From: a virus
Lineage: Duplodnaviria; Caudoviricetes
Strand: one strand, 5' to 3'
Length of the DNA stretch: 31,328 nt
IMG/VR virus record: IMGVR_UViG_3300046314_000310
Location: 1 to 31,328 of that record
A model generated the notes under the pieces. The model was not told the origin of the DNA and searched no databases. It worked only from the letters and a program-made list of their open reading frames with translations. The translations under genes and the position numbers were made by a program. Position 1 is the first letter of the stretch. Each line of letters opens with the position of its first letter. Below are positions 9,034 to 16,226 of the stretch, in pieces.

Positions 9034-9444
9034 TTACAGTGAAAAGCCAGACATATACTGGCTAGGTCGAACTCCATAACGATAACCTACCCACTTGTAA
9101 GTTCCGTTTTCTTTCTTGCCACACTGATAGAAGAGGCCTTCAGGTGACTGCATAGCCATGTTAATGGTTCTAGCCATACGAATCTGATAGTTCATAACTA
9201 TCAAATCTCGCTTGCAAGCTTTGGCCATAGTTTTATCACTGCCCTTGTAGAGAATGCCGTAGGTTATGTCCCATGCGGCCATTTCTGTTTCAAGGTAATC
9301 AGGTAGTGTATAGGCTAGATTGCATACATCAGAATACTTCATTTTCACTGAATCGGGGAACTCCTGAAGCTGTACCTCCCATAACTCAGCTTGTACTTCT
9401 GCAAGTTGCGCCTCAAAGAGGGCTTTCTTTGTTTCGTAGTGCAT
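9034..9444 (-). CDS. hypothetical protein
   Basis: 136-aa ORF, TAATG-coupled. Confidence 0.75.
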   Translation of the reverse strand: MHYETKKALFEAQLAEVQAELWEVQLQEFPDSVKMKYSDVCNLAYTLPDYLETEMAAWDITYGILYKGSDKTMAKACKRDLIVMNYQIRMARTINMAMQSPEGLFYQCGKKENGTYKWVGYRYGVRPSQYMSGFSL

Positions 9445-9665
9445 TACTCAACCTTTCGTAAGGCTTGGATATAGCCGTTGTTGTTTGATTGGCATTGGTG
9501 GTTAAAACAAGCATTGCCACAGCTGCCTACACAAGGCGCCCACACTGTGTGGTCAGCTTCTGCCCATATCTCGTATGAAGTCTTCTCCCTAGGTTTGGGC
9601 TGGTGCTCTGACGCCCTAGAGTAGTCTAGTATGCTTGGGACATAGCAGCCAAGGAATCTAGCCAT
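9444..9665 (-). CDS. small Cys-rich hypothetical protein (CVGSCGNACFNHQC)
   Basis: Start moved to ATG 9665 (TAATG overlap, GGAGG upstream). Confidence 0.6.
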   Translation of the reverse strand: MARFLGCYVPSILDYSRASEHQPKPREKTSYEIWAEADHTVWAPCVGSCGNACFNHQCQSNNNGYIQALRKVE

Positions 9666-9877
9666 TATTCCACCCTCCAAAGTCTTAGCATGTCACCCAC
9701 CCTACGTTGTGTAAACTTATAGCCAAAACAGCGGCTAAGGTTACTAGCTATAGGTGATCGTGTATAGGGCACATCTACACAGGCGCCTACAGGCATCTGG
9801 GCTACTGTAGTGTATAGCTCTTTATTCTGTGCCTGTTTGGGCTCTGGGATAGGCACACCCATTCTGTAGTTGGTCAT
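9665..9877 (-). CDS. small putative DNA-binding protein (MPVG...KFTQR...LRLWRVE)
   Basis: 70 aa, ATGA-coupled; same motif layout as the 1-261 product. Confidence 0.75.
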   Translation of the reverse strand: MTNYRMGVPIPEPKQAQNKELYTTVAQMPVGACVDVPYTRSPIASNLSRCFGYKFTQRRVGDMLRLWRVE

Positions 9878-10089
9878 GGACAGACTTTCAAGTCATCTAG
9901 GCACTCTTGTGCTATACTTTTCCACGTGTCTTGATTCACAAAGGTGGTACTTGACCAAGGTTCTGCTGCTAATTGTTGCTCAGCGTAAGCTCTGATTGCT
10001 TCCATAATGAAGCCTTGTTTTAATGCGCCAAAATGACTGAAGTTCATCATGCGCTTAATGCGCTGCTCGTTAGTGACTGTCTTAGGCAT
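9874..10089 (-). CDS. hypothetical phage protein
   Basis: Start moved to ATG 10089 (AGGAGG RBS): MPKTVTNEQRIKRMMNFS... Confidence 0.8.
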   Translation of the reverse strand: MPKTVTNEQRIKRMMNFSHFGALKQGFIMEAIRAYAEQQLAAEPWSSTTFVNQDTWKSIAQECLDDLKVCP

Positions 10090-10189
10090 ATTGCCTCCTA
10101 TAAAATCTAGGGTGAGGCCTAGTCCTGTTTGTACATTGCTGCTGCAGTTATCAAAACTGATAACATGCCTGTGCATCTTCCCGTTCGCT

Positions 10190-10399
10190 TTACTGCTGGG
10201 ACTGCAAGAGCTTCTCACCTTTTTTAACACGCTCTGCGTTGGTGACTTCAAGTGCCGCATGGGCTTCATTAGCCTTGGCGATGAATGCTTGGCGTACACG
10301 CTCTTTACCCTCTGCATCAGCTATAGCTTTGAGCCTGTTACGCTCAATAGCCATCCTAATGCGCTCTTCTCTTGAACCTCTGCAATTTGCTTGTCCCAT
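10190..10399 (-). CDS. small basic helical protein (MGQA..RGSREER)
   Basis: 69 aa, AAGGAG RBS. Confidence 0.7.
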   Translation of the reverse strand: MGQANCRGSREERIRMAIERNRLKAIADAEGKERVRQAFIAKANEAHAALEVTNAERVKKGEKLLQSQQ

Positions 10400-10496
10400 G
10401 CTATCTCCTTATGTTGGTTGGATCGTGGCCTGCTGCTAGGTGCTAAGGTATCCGCAGGATGCTTACAAGGCCTTGGATAGCAGGCCACGAAACTGG

Positions 10497-10655
10497 TTAC
10501 TTGGTAAACCCGAGTGCTGCAAGCCATGCCGCCCATGTGGATTCTACGTAGTATTTGTGACTTTCATATGTAGTGCCTGTCCACATGGACTCTACATCTG
10601 ATGGGTCTATAGAAGCGTAGTCTGCAAACCACTCTTCAAATCTTTTGTTTCGCAT
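10497..10655 (-). CDS. hypothetical protein, 52 aa
   Basis: Below ORF-track cutoff; AAGGGA RBS; MRNKRFEEWFADY...STWAAWLAALGFTK. Confidence 0.7.
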   Translation of the reverse strand: MRNKRFEEWFADYASIDPSDVESMWTGTTYESHKYYVESTWAAWLAALGFTK

Positions 10656-10665
10656 TTATTTTCCC

Positions 10666-10869
10666 TTATGAATGCGTGTAACCGTCTGGCTCAATCCCTA
10701 GCCACATCCCTGCGAAGTTAATCATTACGCAGCCGGGGCCGAGCTGTACTTGGCGTCTGAACTCCCGATATGGAACAGTGCCTAGGTAGCCAGCACCACA
10801 AGTGCGTAGCCATACTTTATGCAGCGACTTGCGCTGTGGTTTCGTCAAGGTTATCACCATCTTCTCCAT
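10666..10869 (-). CDS. conserved small phage protein (GMWLGIEPDGYTHS C-terminus)
   Basis: 67-aa ORF; the C-terminal motif is typical of a small phage family. Confidence 0.75.
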   Translation of the reverse strand: MEKMVITLTKPQRKSLHKVWLRTCGAGYLGTVPYREFRRQVQLGPGCVMINFAGMWLGIEPDGYTHS

Positions 10870-10943
10870 AACATGGGCAACCCTCTGCGGACTGGCTCGT
10901 TATTGATACAGGCTCTGCATGGTAGTAACCACAGCAGTAGCCT

Positions 10944-11156
10944 TCACTTTTGTATAACATACACAAGTACTTCTTTGTCTGCCATAGGGCAGATAGATAT
11001 GCTTCCAATGTCTGTCTCTGCAGGTATGCAGTTTACAACTCTGTCAGTCAGTTCGTCAAAGTAAGTAGACACAGTCTCTTCTACAGTAGCTGACTGAAAC
11101 GTAATGACAATTCCTAGCTGAAAAGCTAGTTTAATTAGTGCAGATATAGCGATCAT
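10944..11156 (-). CDS. hypothetical protein
   Basis: 70 aa, GAGGA RBS, ATGA-coupled. Confidence 0.65.
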   Translation of the reverse strand: MIAISALIKLAFQLGIVITFQSATVEETVSTYFDELTDRVVNCIPAETDIGSISICPMADKEVLVYVIQK

Positions 11157-11332
11157 TTTAGTAATTCCTCAATTGCTTCACGAATAGCTGTTAATGGTGT
11201 CTGACTGTGCCACCTGTGAGTGCGAAAATCAGTCTTGTGGCAGATAGTGCAAGCTCGCCACTGTTGTATGTGGCCGCTGTAGGTTTGCATAGGCTCGGAC
11301 CATACTGAGTATTTACAGAGATGAAATCTCAT
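11153..11332 (-). CDS. small Cys/His protein, 59 aa (probable zinc-binding)
   Basis: Below ORF-track cutoff; ATGA overlaps at both ends; HLCKYSVW...QWRACTICHK. Confidence 0.7.
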   Translation of the reverse strand: MRFHLCKYSVWSEPMQTYSGHIQQWRACTICHKTDFRTHRWHSQTPLTAIREAIEELLK

Positions 11333-11529
11333 TGTGCTCTCTCTTTATAGGTAGTAAACCTTTTAGCTGTTCCTTCTGCCTCAATGCGTATCCATATAGC
11401 GTCTTTAACTTCTTGGGTAAAGCCGTTCCACTGCGATACTTCAAGGTAGTGCCTACCGCACCCTGTACATACGTCTTGGTACAGGGTGTCACAGATCGCT
11501 ATACAAGGGCTGTCGGGTCTTGTTTGCAT
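11329..11529 (-). CDS. DUF1289 (YdhL-like, predicted Fe-S) protein
   Basis: Signature SPCIAIC...VCTGCGR..EVSQW. Confidence 0.85.
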   Translation of the reverse strand: MQTRPDSPCIAICDTLYQDVCTGCGRHYLEVSQWNGFTQEVKDAIWIRIEAEGTAKRFTTYKERAQ

Positions 11530-11642
11530 GATTTGAGCATATCTAGTAAGCCTTGTATAATCGCCCTGTACTGTGCACCAGTGTGCAGCACATCAGGATT
11601 GTCTAGAGAAAATTGCGCTTGTGTGACAATATCGTCGTTCAT
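11499..11642 (-). CDS. hypothetical protein, 47 aa
   Basis: AAGGAG RBS; ATGA overlap with the phosphoesterase stop. Confidence 0.55.
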   Translation of the reverse strand: MNDDIVTQAQFSLDNPDVLHTGAQYRAIIQGLLDMLKSCKQDPTALV

Positions 11643-12145
11643 AGTAGCTCCTTTTGGTTATCTGCAATGATCTTGTCCAACAGTGCGGGGGTTAGGTTAA
11701 TACGTTCGGCTGACACATTGATATACCTCAGATCGCCTAGCACATTGCTGTGCAAGTGTCCGTGGATGTTACCTTTGAAGCGATTAAGCTGCTCGGGGTG
11801 TACAGGTACATGACTTAGTATGTATCCTCTCAGGCTCGTGCAGCCTAGAACCTGATTGAAGTGCTCTAGGTAACGTGTAGTAGGGTAGTGGTCATGATTA
11901 CCCATTACCAACTTCTTCACACCATTAAGCCTAGACAAGACAGAAAAGGCTTCCTGACCAAACAGCAGATCGCCTAGATGCCACACAGTATCTTTCTTGC
12001 CTACTGTGTCGTTCCATCGGCGTATTAGCTCTTCGTCATGGTCCTCTATTGTTTTGAAGGGACGGTTAGCTGCTTCAAATTCTATAATCTTCTTGTGACC
12101 AAAATGGGTATCAGATATAACAAAAACTCTATTCGGTAGGTTCAT
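11639..12145 (-). CDS. calcineurin-like metallophosphoesterase
   Basis: SDTHFGH, HLGD, GNHD, LSHVP, HGHLH motifs; start moved to ATG 12145 (GAGG RBS). Confidence 0.92.
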   Translation of the reverse strand: MNLPNRVFVISDTHFGHKKIIEFEAANRPFKTIEDHDEELIRRWNDTVGKKDTVWHLGDLLFGQEAFSVLSRLNGVKKLVMGNHDHYPTTRYLEHFNQVLGCTSLRGYILSHVPVHPEQLNRFKGNIHGHLHSNVLGDLRYINVSAERINLTPALLDKIIADNQKELL

Positions 12146-12422
12146 TTTCGGCCTCAAGAATTAGCAGAGTTAGTACATACTTGTCCATAGTGTCCATGTC
12201 TTGCCAAGGTTCACCGTGTACATACTTATTGGCTATACCAGAGGATAGCCACCAGCCACCTCTGTCAGTTTGCAGCCTTGTGAACTTCAAGACTAGCTGC
12301 CTCCCGTTCTCAAGGCGCTTGGCTTTGTCTTTCTTAGCTGCCTTTTTTCCTATAAGGTAATAGAGGTATAGCCCTAGCAAACTAAGTACTGTAATGGTTA
12401 ATGCGACTTCGTGTGGTCTCAT
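12129..12422 (-). CDS. hypothetical membrane-anchored protein
   Basis: N-terminal hydrophobic helix followed by a Lys-rich stretch. Confidence 0.65.
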   Translation of the reverse strand: MRPHEVALTITVLSLLGLYLYYLIGKKAAKKDKAKRLENGRQLVLKFTRLQTDRGGWWLSSGIANKYVHGEPWQDMDTMDKYVLTLLILEAENEPTE

Positions 12423-12449
12423 ATTTGCCTACTCAGACTTGGTTGTAGT

Positions 12450-12695
12450 TCATGGTGAGGCCCTGCCTAGAAGCTGGAACATAAGTGGTTGAACATGGTC
12501 ACCCTTCAAGGTAATAGATGTTGCGTTAGACTCACCTCCTGCGTGAGGTGAGTCTAGCGATATGACTGTCATAACATCATTTAGATGCTCTACAGTACTG
12601 ATGTAGGTGATATGGTCTGCATTGATGAGTAGACGTTTAGTGCCTACCATGCAGCTTTCTGTACGTGTAAACGTGGTTAAATTAAGGAATTTCAT
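12450..12695 (-). CDS. hypothetical protein (LLINADHITYI, FlbD-like small beta fold)
   Basis: 81 aa, AAAGG RBS. Confidence 0.7.
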   Translation of the reverse strand: MKFLNLTTFTRTESCMVGTKRLLINADHITYISTVEHLNDVMTVISLDSPHAGGESNATSITLKGDHVQPLMFQLLGRASP

Positions 12696-12718
12696 GGGTT
12701 GCCTTTACAAATGTTAGG

Positions 12719-12887
12719 TACTAGCCGCTAGGTGCTTCAGACTGCGTAAACCTCTGATGCTGCCCTGATACTACCGTCCGACTCGTTGAGCTAGGTGTAA
12801 TACACGAAACTTGTTGAAGCCAACGGACTTGATGCTGACGTGATACGCGGTTTATTACGTATGTGGAACTGCTTCCTAGGGCTAGTA
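12719..12887 (-). ncRNA. candidate ~170-nt rod-like structured RNA
   Basis: Nested stems 12719-12732/12875-12887 (13 bp with 1 bulge), 12747-12752/12849-12854 and 12776-12780/12824-12828; begins 2 nt after the tRNA CCACCA. Strand inferred from the operon. Confidence 0.55.
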
Positions 12888-12892
12888 ACTGG

Positions 12893-12967
12893 TGGTGGGA
12901 CGTATAGGACTTGAACCTATACAATACAAATTATGAGTTTGTGGCACTACCTTTATGCTAACGTCCC
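12893..12967 (-). tRNA. tRNA with CAT anticodon (elongator Met or lysidine Ile2)
   Basis: Cloverleaf: GGGACGT/ACGTCCC acceptor, ACAAA-CTCATAA-TTTGT, ATAGG-TTCAAGT-CCTAT, A-CCA; G1-C72 is paired, so not an initiator. Confidence 0.92.
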
Positions 12968-12974
12968 GTGTAAT

Positions 12975-13181
12975 TTAAGCCTGCCAAATAACCTTGACAT
13001 TGTTACAAGCAGGACTGCGCTCATACTTGAACTGATCTTCGTGCGGGTAAACAATAGCATATGTCAAGCCGCCGTCGAACATATTTTCATATGTCACGAT
13101 TTTAGAGCAACGAGGGTCTGTCTCGTAAACTCCATCGTTAGCTATGATCTCTTCTGCTACTTTCTTGGCGATACTGCCCAT
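12975..13181 (-). CDS. hypothetical protein between the two tRNAs
   Basis: Start moved to ATG 13181 (AGGAG RBS), which removes the overlap with tRNA-Arg. Confidence 0.75.
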   Translation of the reverse strand: MGSIAKKVAEEIIANDGVYETDPRCSKIVTYENMFDGGLTYAIVYPHEDQFKYERSPACNNVKVIWQA

Positions 13182-13203
13182 GATGGCTCTCCTATTAAAA
13201 TGG

Positions 13204-13280
13204 TGGTATGCGGTGCGGGGTTTGAACACGCGACCTAAAGTTTAGAAAACTTTTGCTCTATCCAGCTGAGCTAACCGCAT
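13204..13280 (-). tRNA. tRNA-Arg(TCT)
   Basis: ATGCGGT/ACCGCAT acceptor, D-loop with A20, AAAGT-TTTCTAA-ACTTT, TTCAAAC T-loop (one T-stem mismatch), A-CCA. Confidence 0.92.
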
Positions 13281-13288
13281 GTGACTGA

Positions 13289-13591
13289 TTAAAGCTTGTA
13301 AAAGGTCTTAGCCTCTTCTATCAAGGATTGTATATCATGCTTAGCATGTTGTGTCTCTATGACTTTGCTAGTAACCCTAGGATACTTCACAGACTCAAGG
13401 CGTTTGCTGAAGTCCTGGTACATAGTGTGTGTCTCCCAGCTACTTTCTACTTTAGACACAGTAGCAGTGGTAACAACTGCACCACTTTCGACTTTATAGG
13501 TCGAAACTTTGAGGCGCAAGGTGGGGCTAAGATCTACGTCTGTCCATGCTTTCCAGTTATTTCGTATGTCTTTGCGAATATATGTAGTCAT
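13289..13591 (-). CDS. conserved hypothetical phage protein
   Basis: 100 aa, AGGA RBS. Confidence 0.8.
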   Translation of the reverse strand: MTTYIRKDIRNNWKAWTDVDLSPTLRLKVSTYKVESGAVVTTATVSKVESSWETHTMYQDFSKRLESVKYPRVTSKVIETQHAKHDIQSLIEEAKTFYKL

Positions 13592-13894
13592 GTTGCTTCC
13601 TGTAATAGTGGTCTTACCTGATCGAAGGGCAAGCTCTCAAGCCAATCTATGTACTTCTCAAGGGTTTCTAGCGGTACATAGCTGTAGATTTCGTCGCTTT
13701 CCCAGCCGTATTGGGCGATTATTGGCTCTCAGGCACAGAGCCAAGCTCTACCGAACCTGAGTCGGAGTGGTGCACATCACTCTTTGTATGTTGATTGCTA
13801 TACCGTTGGTGCATACAAACGGTCTGCGAGTATAACTGTAAACAAACTTATCTTTGTCAGCTAAATGGGCAATGATACGGTTAAAGGTGGTCAT
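13588..13894 (-). pseudogene. doubly frameshifted gene (or two sequencing indels)
   Basis: ATGA overlaps at both ends; 307 nt; three successive frames read RRPFVCTNGIAINIQ / SDVHHSDSGSVELG / PIIAQYGWESDEIYSYVPLETLEKYI. Confidence 0.65.
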
Positions 13895-14178
13895 ACTGTG
13901 AACTCTTCGGGTACGGTAAACCCTGCTTCTTTTAACAATTCAATAGCAGGCTTGGGAAGATTGTAGATACCATCGTAGTCTTCAAGCGTGTTGTTTATGA
14001 TGGTTAGGCCTATGTTTGTCACATAGTCTGCTGTGAGTATCACCCACTCTATGAAGTGCTCTCCCGAATGTCGGTAGAGTTCCATAGTAGATTTATGCAC
14101 ACCAAGTGGTGCATTCTGCACATCTATAGAGTAGATGCGTCCTTCAAGTGCTTTTGACGCTAGTAGAGTCAGTGGCAT
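13891..14178 (-). CDS. conserved hypothetical phage protein (IGL...LEDYDGIYNLP..AIELL...GF)
   Basis: Start moved to ATG 14178 (GAAAGGT RBS). Confidence 0.8.
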   Translation of the reverse strand: MPLTLLASKALEGRIYSIDVQNAPLGVHKSTMELYRHSGEHFIEWVILTADYVTNIGLTIINNTLEDYDGIYNLPKPAIELLKEAGFTVPEEFTV

Positions 14179-14299
14179 ACGATGACCTTTCAAAAATTAC
14201 GGCGAAAAATGCCGTGGTGGCGAGGATTAGGGTAGCGACCCAAAGAATGGCGGCTAGGATGGCTCTACGGCGCGATTGGCGGGGTGTTAGGGACTTCAT
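14144..14299 (-). CDS. small single-pass membrane protein, 51 aa
   Basis: MKSLTPRQSRRRAILAAILWVATLILATTAFFAVIF...; fills the gap between genes; no clear RBS. Confidence 0.5.
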   Translation of the reverse strand: MKSLTPRQSRRRAILAAILWVATLILATTAFFAVIFERSSYATDSTSVKST

Positions 14300-14327
14300 T
14301 TCAGAAATGGGCTACGCTGGGTGCTTG

Positions 14328-15251
14328 TCAGCCTTTACGGCGCTTCAGGGCTTCGTCTTCAGCGGCCCACTCTGCCTTTTGCTTAGCTAGGATAGCTTGT
14401 GCTTCTACGGCTTTGCGTTTAGCTGAAGCATTAGCCAGAAATGTCCCATCCTCCCAGGATCTCTGATGGGCTGGTATGGCCGCTATGCGCTGGCACTCAA
14501 GGAGTTCTTGGTCTGGTGAGGCTTCTGGTGAGGCTTCTAGTGAGGCTTCTGGTGAGGCTTCTACAGGTTTAGACGCTGGCTTTGGTGCAAGTGCTTTAGC
14601 TACAGGTTCGGCCTTGGCTTTAGGTGGTTGGTCTAATGGCCATGTCTTTGTATCTTTCCAGTACAGGTAAGCATACTGTATGCCGTCTTCCTCTACCCAC
14701 TTAGTTTGGGAACCTTGGTGAACCGTAGCGTAAACTTTAGGAGGCTCATGCACAAGTGTCTTCCATAGTGCAGTGGCCTCTTCCTGCTCTTGCTCAGTAA
14801 GTTCTGGGTCTTGGTCTGGGAAGGCGAAGTAGTCCACGTACTTAGCGGGTACTTTCGCATGGGCTACATATCCAAGGTCGGGCTCTGGAGTACCTGTGAC
14901 TTTAGGCACTAGAGGGGAGAGTACCCGTTCACTCTTCATTTCGTAGAGCATGGCATTCTCTGGCAGGGCTTCGCCTTGCAAGTAGATTTCCATATGGCTA
15001 CCGTGGTATGCAACGACTACCCCTTGCTCAAACAACTGGTGCAGGAGAGAAGACCGTCTTGTAGGCAAGGTGCAGCTAGGGCACTTTACCTTGTCCTGTT
15101 TGAGGTTAGAAGTCCACGTATGCTTTAGAGTACCGCAAGCAAGGCATTTAAGTATTATGCGTTGGTTAGAGGTGCCTGCATAGGAGGACTTGTCAAGTAC
15201 GTGCCAACCATTCAAGGTGGAACCGATTATGTAGTTGGATTTTCTGCCCAT
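14328..15251 (-). CDS. zinc-ribbon protein with low-complexity C-terminus
   Basis: CLAC...CPSC N-terminal module like those on phage homing-endonuclease N-termini; EASP x4 repeat; no HNH motif seen. Confidence 0.8.
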   Translation of the reverse strand: MGRKSNYIIGSTLNGWHVLDKSSYAGTSNQRIILKCLACGTLKHTWTSNLKQDKVKCPSCTLPTRRSSLLHQLFEQGVVVAYHGSHMEIYLQGEALPENAMLYEMKSERVLSPLVPKVTGTPEPDLGYVAHAKVPAKYVDYFAFPDQDPELTEQEQEEATALWKTLVHEPPKVYATVHQGSQTKWVEEDGIQYAYLYWKDTKTWPLDQPPKAKAEPVAKALAPKPASKPVEASPEASLEASPEASPDQELLECQRIAAIPAHQRSWEDGTFLANASAKRKAVEAQAILAKQKAEWAAEDEALKRRKG

Positions 15252-15257
15252 GATGGA

Positions 15258-15424
15258 TTTAATAGAGTAGTGCTTATTATATCATACGATAAAAAAGAGG
15301 GGGGTGTCCCTTGTGAGAGAAAAATTTTTTAGTGCTATCAAGTTGATAGCAAGAAAATATCTCGCCTAACGTAATACCCCTCTACTTTTAATAGTAGCAG
15401 AATACCTTATATTATATACGATAA
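15258..15424 (-). promoter_or_regulatory. tandem sigma70-like promoters flanking a palindromic operator-like site
   Basis: Minus-strand TGATATAAT (15276-15284) and TATAAT (15411-15416) in similar contexts; TGCTATCAA-G-TTGATAGCA at 15333-15351. Confidence 0.6.
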
Positions 15425-15444
15425 GAGGTGTTTTGGGCCTATTT

Positions 15445-15693
15445 CTAGTAGTTTCGGCCTATATTTACCTTGATACGCCAGTTTCTACGGCTAATCTTAG
15501 TCACTTGGTAGCTGTAAACGGGGCACCCGCAGCAGTCATAACCGTGGCTACAGTGACTTGAATAGCGGTTTCTCAGGTACTCGTATACTGTGCTAATTGG
15601 AGTATTTCGTGGTGTAACGGCATGGTAATCGTATATTCCAATATATTCAAAGCCGTAAATCTTGGTGAACCGGCCTCTTAATTCTTTTATCAT
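15445..15693 (-). CDS. hypothetical protein with CSHGYDCCGC metal-binding motif
   Basis: 82-aa ORF. Confidence 0.7.
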   Translation of the reverse strand: MIKELRGRFTKIYGFEYIGIYDYHAVTPRNTPISTVYEYLRNRYSSHCSHGYDCCGCPVYSYQVTKISRRNWRIKVNIGRNY

Positions 15694-15741
15694 ATAATCT
15701 TTTTATATTTAATTGCTGGAAAGTGATTGCTTAGGCGGCAA

Positions 15742-15789
15742 TCGTATACTTGATTTATACGTATAGAATCGTATAAATCAGGCATACGA
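15742..15789. repeat. 20-bp imperfect inverted repeat rich in CGTATA
   Basis: 15742-15761 vs 15770-15789, 18/20 complementary. Confidence 0.8.
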
Positions 15790-15813
15790 CCTCGTATCGT
15801 ATACTCTTTATAC

Positions 15814-16068
15814 TTAATTTTCGAGGCTATCGTACTTAACTTGTGGGCATTTAGCCCACGATGTACGCAGCATCTTGAAGCCTGAATCGTTGCGTTTGGT
15901 CTTGTCTAACTGCTTCTGCAGTGTTATTAACTGCTTCTGCAAGTAACGCTTGAGTGCAGGCTGGGACTCTTTGTGAAAGTCTTTGCGCGTAATCTTTACT
16001 CTGTAGGACAGTTCTTGGATGCTAGCGACTTCCTCATAAGGGAAGCCGTGCTCGTTATACTTAATCAT
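15814..16068 (-). CDS. hypothetical protein
   Basis: 84 aa, AAGGA RBS, ATGA-coupled. Confidence 0.7.
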   Translation of the reverse strand: MIKYNEHGFPYEEVASIQELSYRVKITRKDFHKESQPALKRYLQKQLITLQKQLDKTKRNDSGFKMLRTSWAKCPQVKYDSLEN

Positions 16069-16226
16069 AGATCGTCCTTAGTTGCAATTAAACCGATTAG
16101 AAAGCTAACGAGAATGCCTACACAGGCTATAGTGACCTGAGGGGCTGTGGTGGCCATGATTAAGGCTTGAATAACGCTGACAAACAAGCCTAGTAGTGCA
16201 GCTAGCATGAGAAAGAACTTAAGCAT
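16065..16226 (-). CDS. small two-TM membrane protein
   Basis: Two hydrophobic helices; start uncertain (16226 preferred over 16262 because the overlap is smaller). Confidence 0.65.
   Translation of the reverse strand: MLKFFLMLAALLGLFVSVIQALIMATTAPQVTIACVGILVSFLIGLIATKDDL

Noticed and set aside
10110-10230. Programmed frameshift at the A6G run extending the 10190-10399 protein
   Set aside because: The run is not in the canonical slippery phase and the -1 frame meets TGA immediately
12754-12812. Hammerhead ribozyme (CTGATG...CGAAAC) or box C/D k-turn
   Set aside because: Core reads CTGATGC, not CTGANGA, and the required stems and box pairings are incomplete
12721-12924. 67-aa minus-strand ORF
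   Set aside because: Starts inside the tRNA, has no RBS and overlies the nested-stem element
14328-15251. HNH/AP2 homing endonuclease (mobile element)
   Set aside because: Only the N-terminal zinc module is present; no HNH, GIY-YIG or AP2 motif seen
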